This document shows, one piece after another, positions 36,201 to 46,792 of a stretch of 64,000 bases of DNA; position 1 is the first letter of the stretch; each line of letters begins with the position of its first letter. The DNA comes from an uncultured Planctomycetota bacterium. GTDB taxonomy: Bacteria; Planctomycetota; UBA11346. The translations under genes and the position numbers were made by a program. The DNA lies in NCBI GenBank assembly GCA_963818245.1, contig CAWFSD010000043.1, positions 20,716 through 84,715 on the forward strand. The letters run 5' to 3'. The notes under the pieces are model-generated. The model searched no databases. It worked only from the letters and a program-made list of their open reading frames with translations, and was not told the origin of the DNA.

Positions 36201-39200
36201 TCCTGTTCAGCCTCGGGGTGCACGGGGCCTTCGACCCGGCCCCGACCTACGGCGGCCCGCGCATCAACTCGGCCGCCTTCAGCGACCAGACCCACACCGT
36301 CATCCAGGTGGCCATCGACCACCACGGCGGCAGCGACTTCCTGCCCGCCGCCGCGATCCCCGGCTTCGCCGTGCGCGACGCCAGCGGTCCCAAGGCGGTG
36401 ACCGCCGCGCGCGTCTCGGGGACGGTCATCGCGCTGACCTGCGCCAGCGCGTGCAGCGGGGCGACCACCATCACCTACCTCGAAGGCATGAACCCGGCCG
36501 GCCCGCAGGGCCTGGTCGCGGACAACCAGGCGGATCCGCAGCCCCTGCTGCCCCAGACCGTGCCGCTCGCGGTGCGGGCGGCGCCGCTCGGCCAGGCGAC
36601 CGTGCAGCTCAGCAACGGGAGCTTCAACTACGACGGGGCCCCGCACCAGGTCTCCGTCAGCACCTTCCCCGCCAACCTCAGCACCACCGTCACCTACAAC
36701 GGTTCCACCGACCTGCCGGTGGAGATCGGCAGCTACGCCGTGGTCGCGACGGTGACCGACCCGAACTACACCGGCAGCGCCAGCGGCACCTTCAGCATCG
36801 CCCCCGGCATCGTGACCACCACCGCCACCGGCTTCGACGCGGTGTACGACGGCAACCCGCACGGCGTGACCGTCACCATGTCGCCCCCGAACGTCGGCAC
36901 CGCCACCGTCACCTACAACGGCGCCGCCGCGCCGCCGGTGGCCAGCGGCTCGTACCTCGCGGCGATCACCTTCACCATCACCGACCCGCACTACGGCAAC
37001 CCCGGCGACACCAAAGGCATCCTGACCATCGCCAAGGCGCCCGCGACCGTGACCCTCGGCGCCCTCGCCGCGGCCTACGACGGCGCCGCGCACCCGGCGA
37101 CCGTCACCACCTCGCCCGCCAACCTCGCCACCACGCTCACCTACGACGGCGCCGCGGCCGCGCCGGTGAGCGCCGGGTCGCACGCGGTCGTCGCCACCGT
37201 CACCGACGCGAACTACACCGGTTCCACCAGCGCCTCCCTGGTCATCGCCAAGGCGACCGCCACCGTGACGCTGTCCGGCCTGAGCGCGCAGTACGACGGC
37301 ACTGCACACGCGGTGACGGTCACCACCGTGCCCGCCAACCTGGCCACCTCGGTCACCTACGACGGCGCCACGGCCGCCCCGGTCCTCAGCGGCAACCACG
37401 CCGTGGTCGCGACCGTCACCGACCCGAACTACACCGGCAGCGCCGCCGGCACCCTGAACATCGGTGCGCTGGTCGAGCCCAGCGTCGGCATCAACGGCTG
37501 GACCAACGTCCCGGGCGTGGTCGAGGGCACGATCGTCACCTTCCCGGTCGACACCACCCTGCCGAAGCCGCCCCTGGGCTTCGTCGCCTACTTCCCCAAG
37601 GGCTACAACCAGGCCGACACCACCACCAAGTGGCCGATGGTGATGTACTTCGCCGGTCTCGGCGAGGCTGGCGACGGTACCGACACCGACGCCAACGGGC
37701 ACTACCTGTACAACAAGATGACGGTGCACGGCCCGCTCTACCAGGTGCTGAACTTCCACTGGGACTTCCCCGCGATCATCATCGCTCCGCAGTGCCCGCA
37801 GACCTGGGGCAGCATCAACAGCATCAAGGCCGAGGTGGAGTACGCGAAGGCCAACTTCCGCGTCGACACCAAGCGCCTCTACATGACCGGGCTGTGCGAT
37901 GGCGCCTGCGGCCTGCTGCACTACGCGGCCACCTACCCCAACGACCTCGCCGCGATCCTGCCCATCGAGGCCGGCCAGAACCCCGGCACCGGCCAGGCCG
38001 CGGCCATCAAGGACATCCCGATGTGGGCGGCGCACTGCTTCGCCGACCCGGAGAGCACCGCGCGCGGCGTGTCGATCCTGTGGGTCGACGGCTCGACCGG
38101 CGCCGACGCGGGCGTCACCTCCGACGTCATGGCCAACTACCCCGGCTACGGCAGCACGCCTCGCAACCACTACGCCTGCGACAGCGACCCGCTCACCGGC
38201 TTCCCGAGCCAGCCGAACGGCCCGACCAACGTCTTCGGCGCCGCCAGCCTGACCTCCAACAACAAGTACGTGGCCTTCGGGTCGAACACCTCGCTCGGCA
38301 GCAGCATCTACCTGATGTGGAGCGGCGGCACGGACGCCCAGCCGTTCGCGCGCTTCTCCGTCAACGGCGCCGGCTCCAACGCCGACTTCTGGGCGAAGGC
38401 CGGCGTGATGCTGCGCGACTCCACCGCCGCCGGCGCGAAACAGGTGATCGTCGCGCAGATGCCCAACAACGAGGTGGCCATGCAGTGGCGCGACGCCACC
38501 GACGGCGGCTCGGACTGGTTCGGCGTGCGCGTGGGCGGCACCGCCCAGGTCAAGACCGTGAAGCTGGTCAAGTCGGGCAACGTCTTCACCGGCATGTACA
38601 GCACCGACGGCGTCACCTTCACCGCGCTCGGCAGCCGCACCGTGGTGTTCGACAACGCCACCTACGCCGCCGGCCTGGCCGTCAGCGCGCACAACAACGG
38701 CACCACCTACACCCAGGTGTTCAGCAAGCTCGCCATCAACGGCGCGGCCCCCGGCGCGCTGACCGACGCCGACGTCGGCGTCGCCGGCGACCCCGGCATC
38801 GCCGGCTCCGCGAGCCTGGCCAGCGGGGTGTACACCGTCACCGGCGGCGGCTCGGACATTCTGGAACAACGCCGACCACTTCAACTACGACTACCAGGCC
38901 GTCAGCGGCGACGCCACGATCAGCGCGCAGGTCGGCACCAACGTGCCCTCCTATACCCTGGCCACCGTCTACCCGACCGGCTTCTACGCGACCAAGCCGT
39001 ACGTCGGGCCGACCGCCACCGCGGCGATCACGGTCGTGACCCCGATCGGCTACAACCTCACCGGCAGCTTCGCTCCCGGCGCCGGCTGGAGCTGGGCGCG
39101 CGACCAGCACCTCGACCGCACCAAGCCCGGCAAGCACATCTTCACGATGTTCTGGTACCAGGACCACGTCCAGGGCTGGCGCGACACCTGGGGCAACCCC

Positions 39201-39239
39201 GAGGTGTGGAACTGGATGTTCAGCAAGACCCACCCCTGA
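33250..39239 (+). pseudogene. giant (~1990 aa) secreted multidomain protein: hydrolase-like module, MBG x3, SGNH/SASA (GQSNM) esterase, MBG x4, second hydrolase-like module with inserted lectin-like domain; frame interrupted near 35475 and 38868
   Basis: GAGG plus 5 nt precedes ATG 33250, which gives MNPVRTALLTLLLLACGALGLATATA. ORF 33082..36087 joins ORF 35552..39304 at ...WYRVEVRSV / GAILGSAASSLPWGVGINILCIGQSNMVG. That ORF joins ORF 38943..39239 at ...TVTGGGSDI / WNNADHFNYDYQAVSGDATISAQV. The MBG repeats read (L)xAxYDGxAHxVTVTTxPANLATxxTYDG...AGSYAVVATVTDxNYTGS. Confidence 0.75.
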
Positions 39240-39266
39240 GCCGCGCGGACGCGGGCTGCACGCGGG

Positions 39267-39302
39267 ATCCCGCCCTGGCTAGCCAGGGCGGGATTCTTCG
39301 TT
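39267..39302 (+). terminator. rho-independent terminator after the giant gene
   Basis: A 12-bp perfect stem (atcccgccctgg / ccagggcgggat) has the loop ctag and is followed by tcttcgtt. Confidence 0.6.
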
Positions 39303-39323
39303 AAGCCTGCTCCACGTGATCCC

Positions 39324-39737
39324 GTGATCATTCCGGCCACCCATCGCCTGCGCTCGCGCGTACTCGCCTTCGGCGTGGTCTCCGGGCTGGGCTGGTTGCT
39401 CGATTTCGGCATCTTCACCGCGCTCCTGAGCGCCGGCGCCACGCCCTTCCTGGCGAACGCGGCCGGCGCCGCCTGCGCCGTCACCTGGGTCTACGCCGCC
39501 AGCGTGCGCCGCGTCTTCCGCTACCACGGCCGCTTCCTGGTCGCGAAGTTCCTGCTCTACGCGCTCTGGCAGGTCGTGGGCGTCAGCGCGGCGTCGTGGG
39601 GCGTCGACCGCCTCGTCCACGCCGGCGGGCTGACGCCCATCTGGGCGAAGATCGCGGTCACGCCGCTGACCTTCGCCGCCAACTACCTGTTCATGGCCTG
39701 GCTGACCAGGCCTTCCGCCCCGGCGGCCCATGCCTGA
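39324..39737 (+). CDS. GtrA-family membrane protein (polyprenol-linked sugar translocation family)
   Basis: 137 aa with four TM helices. It reads FGVVSGLGWLLDFGIFTALL...FRYHGRFLVAKFLLYALWQVVGV...KIAVTPLTFAANYLFMAW. Confidence 0.8.
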   Translation: MIIPATHRLRSRVLAFGVVSGLGWLLDFGIFTALLSAGATPFLANAAGAACAVTWVYAASVRRVFRYHGRFLVAKFLLYALWQVVGVSAASWGVDRLVHAGGLTPIWAKIAVTPLTFAANYLFMAWLTRPSAPAAHA

Positions 39738-39806
39738 GCATCCCCAGCGGGTCGCCGGCGCCCGCGCCGCCCGCCGCTGAAACCCGCCTCCTTCTGGAAT
39801 CACGCC

Positions 39807-41410
39807 ATGGATGGATCCCCACTCGATCACCGCAGACCGGCCTGGCCGTGGGGCCTGCTCGCCCTTGGCGTGCTCGCGGCGCTGTGCTTGCGCCTGGCGG
39901 TCGGCGGTTTCACCGTCCAGACCGCCTTCCCATGGAGCGCGGCGATCCTGCTCGACGGCGGTGCGCGCATCGTCGACGGTCAGGCCCCCTACCGCGACTT
40001 CCACACCCCGGTGGGCTTCACCTACCTGGGCATGATCGCGGTGTTCCTGCGACTGGCGCACGGCAGTCCGCACGCCCTCGCGTGGTTCAGCGCCAGCGCC
40101 GGGCTGGTGATCGGCCTGCTCGCCTGGGCGGTGGCGGCGCGCCGCTGCGCCCCGCCCCTCGCCGCGGCCGCGGCGGTGGCCATCGGCCTGCTCGCCGCCT
40201 CGCCGGCATTCTTCGCCTATGGCGCGCTCGACATCAGCTATGGCGGCCACTACTCGCGGCTGTCGTGGTCCTTGTTCTTCGTCATCGCCATCGCCGCGAC
40301 CCTACCGGCGCGCGCGCCCCGCCGCTGGCCGGACGTGCTCGAAGCCGTGGCGATCGGTGCCTGCCTGGGACTGGTCGCCGGCACCAAGTTCACCTTCCTG
40401 TTCGCCGGCGGCGCACTGACGGGTCTCGGCTGGTGGTACCGCCGGCCAGACTGGCGCGAACCGGCGGCCCTGACCGGCGGTCTGGCGGCCGCCTTCGTCC
40501 TGGGCCTGGCGGTGAGCGGCGCGACGCTCGGCGGCTACCTGCACGACTGCCGCATGGTCGGCGCGAACGCTTCGCTGCTGCCGCTGCTGCTGGCCTCGCG
40601 CCACAACCTCGACCTGCTCGGCCTGGCGCTGGTCGGGGTGGTCGCGGCGCTCTCCTGGCCGGCGCTGCGCGTCGGCTGGCGTCCGGCGCCGCTCGAACCG
40701 CTGCCGCGCATCCCGTTGCTGGCCCTGGTGACGCTGGTCATCGGCCTGGGCTTGTCCGCGACCAACGGCAACGAGGCGGTCAGCCCGGTCTACGCCCTGG
40801 TCATCTTCATCCTCGCCACCGGCGCGGCTCCGGGGTCGGAGGGTGCCGGCGCGGTGGACCCGCCCGGGGTCCGGGCGCCGCTGCTGATCAGCTGCGCCGT
40901 GCTGCTGGCGCTCAGCGCACGGCTGGCCACCCCCATGGTCATCGGTCCGTACGCCGCGGCGAAGGCGCCGCAGTCGTCGCTGGCCAGCGGCCCCTGGCGC
41001 GGTCTGGAGTTCGTGCCGCCGAGCGGCGAGACCCAACCCACGCGCGCTGCGCTGTGGACCTACCTCAGCCGCGAACCCAAGGGCATGCTGTGCAACGCCT
41101 GGTACCTGTGGGTGCGCGACGGCGAGGCCATCCTGCGCCCACGCATCGGCGCGCAGGAGCGCGTCCTGTGCATGGACTTCCTCAACCCCTTCCCCTACCT
41201 GCTCGAACGCCCGGCGCCGCGCGGCGACCACCTCTACTGGCACTTCGGCCGCAACGTCGGCGAGGCCAGCGCGCCCAAGCCGGCGGAGCTGTTCGCCGAC
41301 GCCGATTGGGTCATGGTGCCCAAGGTGCCGATCTTCAAGGACTCGACGGCGCGCAAATGCGCGCTCTACCTGACGTGGATCGCCGCACACTACCAGCAGG
41401 TTGACGTTGA
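39807..41410 (+). CDS. large polytopic membrane protein, GT-C-like glycosyltransferase candidate (3' end unresolved, no in-frame stop)
   Basis: About 10 TM helices over 330 aa are followed by a soluble domain (...YLWVRDGEAILRPR...DHLYWHFGRNVG...WVMVPKVP...). The track ORF 39807..42776 reads straight into the next gene. Stops are present only in the other frames (TGA 41408, TAG 41455). Confidence 0.45.
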
Positions 41411-41465
41411 GTCGGAGTGGTGGACGTGCTACCATCGGGCGCCGCCCGCTCCCTTAGGGGATGCC

Positions 41466-42776
41466 ATGCTCGCGCGCCGCCTCGTCCGCCTCGTCCTCGC
41501 CGCGCTCGCCGCCCTCCCCCTCGTCCAGGCCGGAGATCCGCCCCCGCCCAAGGGCGCGGTGCAGGAGGCCGGTGAGATGCGCGACGCCGCCGACGCGGCG
41601 CCGTTCATGCGCTACGCCGCTTGGCTGCCGGAGCGGCGCCTGCCAGGCAAGCGCTACGCGCTGATCCTCGCCCTGCACGGCATGCGCCAGAACGAGCACT
41701 CGCTGCTCTACTACGTCTCGAGCCTGGGCCTGGTGCGCAACGGCCTGTTGCAGGAGGCCATCGTGCTGGGCGTCAAGTCGAAGGGCGATGGCTGGACGGA
41801 CGAGGACATCCCGGCCCTCGACCACGCCCTGGCCTGGGCGCTCAAGACCTGGCCGATCGACACCGACCGCGTCTACGGCTACGGCATCTCCAACGGCGCC
41901 ATGCGCATGGGCCTGTTCGCGCCGCGCCACCAGGGCATCATCGCCGCCGCGGTGCTGCTCAGCGGGAACGTCCGCGACCTGCCGCCGACCCCAGCCGGCC
42001 ACCACCGGACATGGCCATGTACCTCATGCACGGCGACGCCGACCCGATCGTGCCGGTGCAGGAGGGCCGCGACGCCGCCCGGGACCTGGCCGCGGCGCAC
42101 TACCAGGTGGTCTACCGCGAGTTCGCCGGCGAGAAGCACATCTACAACGGTCCCAGGAACCTCGTGCTGTCCCAGCCCGACGCGGTGCGCTGGCTATTCA
42201 CCCAGCGCCTGCGCCACGCGGCGGCGGCGGGGGCGCACGACGCGGCGCGCGCGGCCGCCCAGGGCGCCGCCGGGGGCAGGGACACCGCGCTGGCGCCGCT
42301 CGCCGAGCTCGCCGGCGAGGAGGTCGACGCGGTGCTGGCGGAGGCCCTCCGCGACCGCGGCGCAAGACCCGCCTGGCCGCGGCGCGGCTGTGCACCGCGC
42401 GCCTCTACGGCGGCTCGGTGCTCGCCGCGCTGGTCCCGCTGGCGACCGACAAGGACGCCGGGGTGCGGCGCACCGCCATCGCCGCCCTCGGCCTGGCCGC
42501 CAACTGGCAGCGCGCCGAGTCCCTGGCTGCCCTCGAGGCGGTGGCGGCGACGCCAAAGCCATGGACCGCGACGCGGCCACCGCCCAGCTCGCCGTGGCCT
42601 GGCCGCTGCAGCACGCCTCCGCGTCCAACGCCGATCAGGGCCTCAAGACCACCCTCGAAGCCCTGGCCAAGGATCGCGAAGGCGCGCTGCGCGACCTCGC
42701 CGCGCAAGGGCTCGACGGCATCCTCTCGCGCGACGGCACTGGGGTGCGCGTCGAGAGCCCACCGCCAAAGAAGTGA
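41466..42776 (+). pseudogene. secreted alpha/beta-hydrolase (GISNG elbow) with C-terminal HEAT-like repeats; three frame changes
   Basis: ATG 41466 gives MLARRLVRLVLAALAALPLVQA. Motifs include RYALILALHGM and VYGYGISNGAMRMG. After ~42000 the sequence continues MYLMHGDADPIVP...YREFAGEKH. After ~42365 it reads KTRLAAARLCTARLYGG...DKDAGVRRTAIAALG. After ~42557 it reads AMDRDAATAQLAV...ESPPPKK. Confidence 0.6.
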
Positions 42777-42815
42777 TCGGGGCGCACGATGAAAGCCCGG
42801 TCATGAAGGACATGC

Positions 42816-44077
42816 ATGCCACCGTCCCCCCTCCCACTGGCCGCCCGCCTGCTGAGCTTGGGGCGGCGCGTGACCTCCTCCGGGAATTTCATCCCCGAAA
42901 TCGACGGCTTGCGCTTCATCGCCATAGCCTGGGTCCTCGCCCACCACATCGGAAACGAGTTCATCAAGCTCGAGGGCGCGCGATATCCTGGCCAGATCGC
43001 CGGTTCCCAGCTCGTCTCCTGGCTCGAGACCCTGCGCTTCGGCGTACAGCTGTTCTTCGTCATCAGCGGCTTCATTCTCGGAATGCCCTTCATCCGCCAC
43101 TACTACCAGGGCGAGAACCGTCCCTCGCTGCGCAACTACTACATCCGCCGCGTGTCCCGAATCGAACCGCCGTTCATCATCAACCTGACGCTCCTCCTCA
43201 TCTTGCTCCTGGTGACGAAGAGCCAGCTGCCGTCCACGGCACTCCCGCACTTCCTCGCCAGCATCGGCTATGTGCACAACCTCGCCTACCAGCAGATGAG
43301 CACGATCAACTTCGTCACCTGGACGCTGGAGATCGAGGCCCAGTTCTACATCCTGGCGCCGTTCCTGGTGATGATCTTCGCGCTGCCAGCGCGCTACCGG
43401 GGGGCCACCGTCGCGGCGCTGATCGCAGGCTCGTCGCTGTTCGCGTGGTTCGCGACCGCGGAGTGGCCGCTCATGAACTTGACCCTGCTCGGCCAAGCTC
43501 AGTATTTCCTCGCCGGACATCCTGCTCGCGGCGTGGTACTGCCGCCGGGCGCCAGCACGCCCAAGGGGAGATGGACCGGAGACGCGGGCGCCATCGCGGC
43601 CGGGCGGTCCTGGCGGTCCTGCTCGAGCAGCGCGCCGCTTGGAACGCGCCCCTGCTGCCCTTCCTGGTGATAACCGCGTACGGTTGCATGTTCTCCGGTC
43701 GGCTCACTCGGCAGGCGATCTCGCTCCCGCTCCTCACCACCATCGGGGGGATGTGCTACACCATCTATCTTTACCACCCACTCCTCAAGTCGGCGCTGAA
43801 GCACCTCACTTTCCGACTGCACCTGGGTGACGATTTCCGAGTCAACATCGTCCTGCAGATCGTGCTCCTCGGGACCATGATCGTGATGATCTGCGCCGCG
43901 CTCTTCCTCGTGGTCGAGAAGCCTTTCATGTACCGGGAATGGCCTTCTGCGTTCTGGCGGTGGCTGCGTCGCGATGGCGGGAGCGGCCCAGCGGCCGCCA
44001 CCCGCGCGCCCTCCCCGGTTGCGACCCCGGGCGACGCGGGAGCTTCGTCACCCGGCCCTGGCGGTCCGACCCGCTGA
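42816..44077 (+). pseudogene. acyltransferase-3 family O-acyltransferase (OafA/YrhL-like); at least two frame changes (~43517, ~43590)
   Basis: Motifs include IPEIDGLRFIAIAWVLAHH, LFFVISGFIL and TWTLEIEAQFYILAPFL. The gene then runs ...QYFLAG / ILLAAWY... / AVLAVLLEQRAAWNAPLLPFLVITAYGCMF...IGGMCYTIYLYHPLL...LVVEKPF. Confidence 0.75.
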
Positions 44078-44099
44078 GAGGCGTGTCCACGCCGCCAGC

Positions 44100-45209
44100 T
44101 CAGGCGGAACGCGCGGCCACCAACTCGGCGTACCACGCCCGCATGCGCCGCCCGATGGTCGGCCAGTCGTGCTCGGTGGCGGCCTGCCGGCGGCAGGCAC
44201 CGCTCAGTTCGGCGTAGCGCTGCGCCCCGAGGTCGGCGGCGGCGCGCAGGGCCTCGGCCAGCGCCGCGACGCTGTCGCCCTCCCAGCCCAGGGTGCGCAT
44301 CGCGGGGTAGCGGCAACCAGGGGTGACGATGCACGGCTTGCCGTAGGCGAGGGCCTCGAGGACGGCGATCGACTGCGCCTCGCACTGGCCGGCGAGGATA
44401 CCGAAGTCGCTGGCGCGGAAGGCGGCGTCCTTTGCGTCGCCGGCGACGTAGCCGAGCAGCCGCACGCCAGGCGTGCGCTCCGCCCGCGCGCGCATCGCGC
44501 GGCGTAGTCGTCGTGACCGTCGCCGGCGATGACCAGGTGCATGCGCTCGTGCACCCCGGCGGCGACCCAGGCGTCCAGGACCCAGTGGATGCGCTTGTTA
44601 TGGTGCAGGCGCCCGCAGTACAGCACGCTGCGCGGCACGTGCCCCTGGGCGCCAGAGCCGCCGCGTCGGGCAGGTCGATGCCATTGGGGATGATGCGGAT
44701 GCCGGGGTGGTCGCCACCCAGGTAGCTGCGCACCTGGTCGCCCTCGAACTCGGTGAGAGCGTGGACGCCGTCGGCGCGGCGCAGCGCGGCGCGGTGGAAC
44801 CACAGGTCGACCAGTCCCTTCTTGAGGCGCCCATGGGCGAGCAGGCTTGCGTCGAGCATGCCGTGCGGGCTGATGACCACCGCGATGCCGCGCCGCTGCA
44901 GGCGCGCGACGTGGCGCAGCGCGCCAGTCCACATGCCGTGGAGGTGGACGACGCGCGGGCGCCAGCGCACCAGCGCCTCGTCGAACGCCACCGGATCAAG
45001 CAGGCGGGGCCGCCACCAGGAGCCACGCGGTGGAGCACCGGGAACCCGCAATCGCCTTCGGGCTGGCGGATCGCCACCAGCACCGCGTTGCCTGCGCTGC
45101 GCGCGTGGCGGATGGCCGCCGCGGACAGGCCGAAGCCGCGGCGGTCGCCGTATTCGCACACGGCGACCGAGGCGGGTCCCGCCGCCGGTCCTGCCCTGCC
45201 CCTGGTCAT
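44100..45209 (-). pseudogene. GT4-family glycosyltransferase; three frame changes (~45012, ~44650, ~44497)
   Basis: Segments lie in three minus frames: MTRGRAGPAAGPASVAVCEYGDRRGFG...; LLDPVAFDEALVRWRPRVVHLHGMW...IIPNGIDLP; SVLYCGRLHHNKRIHWVLDAW...HLVIAGDG; and VRLLGYVAGDAKDAAFRASDFGILAGQCEAQSIAVLEALAYGKPCIVT. Confidence 0.7.
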
Positions 45210-45518
45210 GCTGCACGGACGGGTCTCTCCACTGGGACCATAATTGGGTCATCCATGGTACAAGGTCGAATTGTTGGACACGCACGCCGCCGCGCGGAGT
45301 TGCGTTCAGGGCTGCCAGGGTTCCCGCCGTGCTGGATTTCCCAGCGCTTGGCTTCGCTCCCCGGTGACCGCCGTACCGCCCACCGATCACCCGGCCCCGC
45401 GGGCCGGGATCCCGTGGCCGGCGTGGTCCGCGTCGGTCCAGCCACCCCGCGCAGCCCCCTGGCCAGCGCAACCGCCGGCGCGGCCGGCTCGGACGGGTCC
45501 TCGCGCCCGGGGCCGGGC

Positions 45519-46792
45519 ATGTCCGCGCGCCTCCGCCGCTCGCCGCTCGTCGCCCGCCTCGCCGGCGGCGCGCTGTTCTCGCTGGTCGGGGCCGTGCTGG
45601 CCCGGGGCCTGGCGTTCGTCGCCACCGCTGTCGGCGGCAGCTCGCACCGCCGGCTCGGCGAGTTCGGCACCATCCAGCTCACCGCCGGGGCGCTCGGCGT
45701 ATTCGCCGGCCTCGGCCTGGGCGTCACCGCGACCCGCGCCCTGGCGCAGTGGCGGATGCTCGACCCCGGACGCGCGGGCCGCATCCTCGCGCTCGCACTG
45801 CTCATCGCCGCGGTCGGCGGCGCGCTGTTCGGCGCGGTCCTGGCGCGGCCGCGCCGTGGCTGGCGACCGCCACGCTGGAGAACGCCGGGCTCGCCCCGGG
45901 GCTGGCGCTCGCCGCGCGCTGCTGCCGCTCGCCGCGGTCGCCGGCGTGCAGAGCGGGGCGCTGGCCGGCCTCGAAGCCTTCCGCGCCCTCGCCGCGACCA
46001 ACACCATCGCGGGCGGTCTGCCTTCCCGGCGCTGGTCGTCGGGGTCCTGCTCGGCGGGCGCGACGGCGCGGTCTGGGGCCTGATGGCGGGCTGGCCGTGA
46101 CCTGCCTGGTCAACCACGCCTACCGTGCGAGCTGCGCCCCGCGGGCGTCGTCATCCACTGGCGGGGCGCGCGCCCGAGCGCGACCCTGTCGAGCTTCAGC
46201 CTGCCCACCGCCCTGGCCAGCAGCCTCGTCATGCCGATGAACTGGGTCTGCTGCACGCTCCTCGCAAACCGCCACGACCGGCTACGTCCAGCTCGGCCTG
46301 TTCAACGCCGGCCAGCAGTGGCGCCAGCTCGCGCTGTTCATGCCGCTGCAGCTCGCCTCGGTCGCCATGCCGATGCTGACCCGGCTGCACAGCGGGGGCG
46401 ACCAGGTCGGCTTCCGCCGCGTCGCCTGCTGCGCGCTCGGGGCCAACGTCGGCATGGCCGCCACGGGCCTGGCCATCGTCCTCGCCGGCCCGTCCTGATG
46501 GCGCCCTTCGGCGCCTCCTATGCGCGCTCGGGCCCGGCGCTGCCGCCGCTGATGGCCGGAGCGGTGTCGATGACCGCGAACAGCGTGCTCGCCGGCGCGC
46601 TCAACGCCCGCGGCGAGAGCCGTAGCGTGCTAGCCGGCACGCTGCTCTACGCGCTCATCGCGGTCGGCATCTCGGCCAGGCCCCTGGGCGCGGACGCGGG
46701 GGCCTCGCGGTCGCGCAGCTCGCCGGCAGCGCGCGGCCACGGCGGCGTTCGCGTGGAGACTGTTCGCACGCCGCGCCGCGGAGTCCCCTTGA
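45519..46792 (+). pseudogene. Wzx-like polysaccharide flippase; about eight frame changes
   Basis: ATG 45519 gives MSARLRRSPLVARLAGGALFSLVGAVLARGLAF... Successive TM-rich segments are found in all three plus frames (...APWLATATLENAGLAPGLALAA / LLPLAAVAGVQSGALAGLEAF / FPALVVGVLLGG / ...SSFSLPTALASSLVMPMNW / GYVQLGLFNAGQQWRQLALFMPLQ... / LMAPFGASYARSGPAL...). TGA 46790-92 overlaps the next ATG. Confidence 0.5.

Noticed and set aside
34540-37470. This region has regularly spaced ~210-nt sequence repeats. I considered whether they form a CRISPR-like or satellite array.
   Set aside because: The repeats are in frame and encode MBG-type protein domains. The units are only moderately similar at DNA level and there is no spacer structure. 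The same reasoning applies to the ~300-nt Ig-like repeats at 31260-32220.
41621-44077. This is an 818-aa plus-strand ORF spanning the hydrolase/HEAT gene and the acyltransferase gene.
   Set aside because: Only short internal stretches are protein-like (MYLMHGDADPIVP..., and the last ~150 aa of the acyltransferase). The rest is out-of-frame read-through. It is a composite created by frame changes, not a gene.
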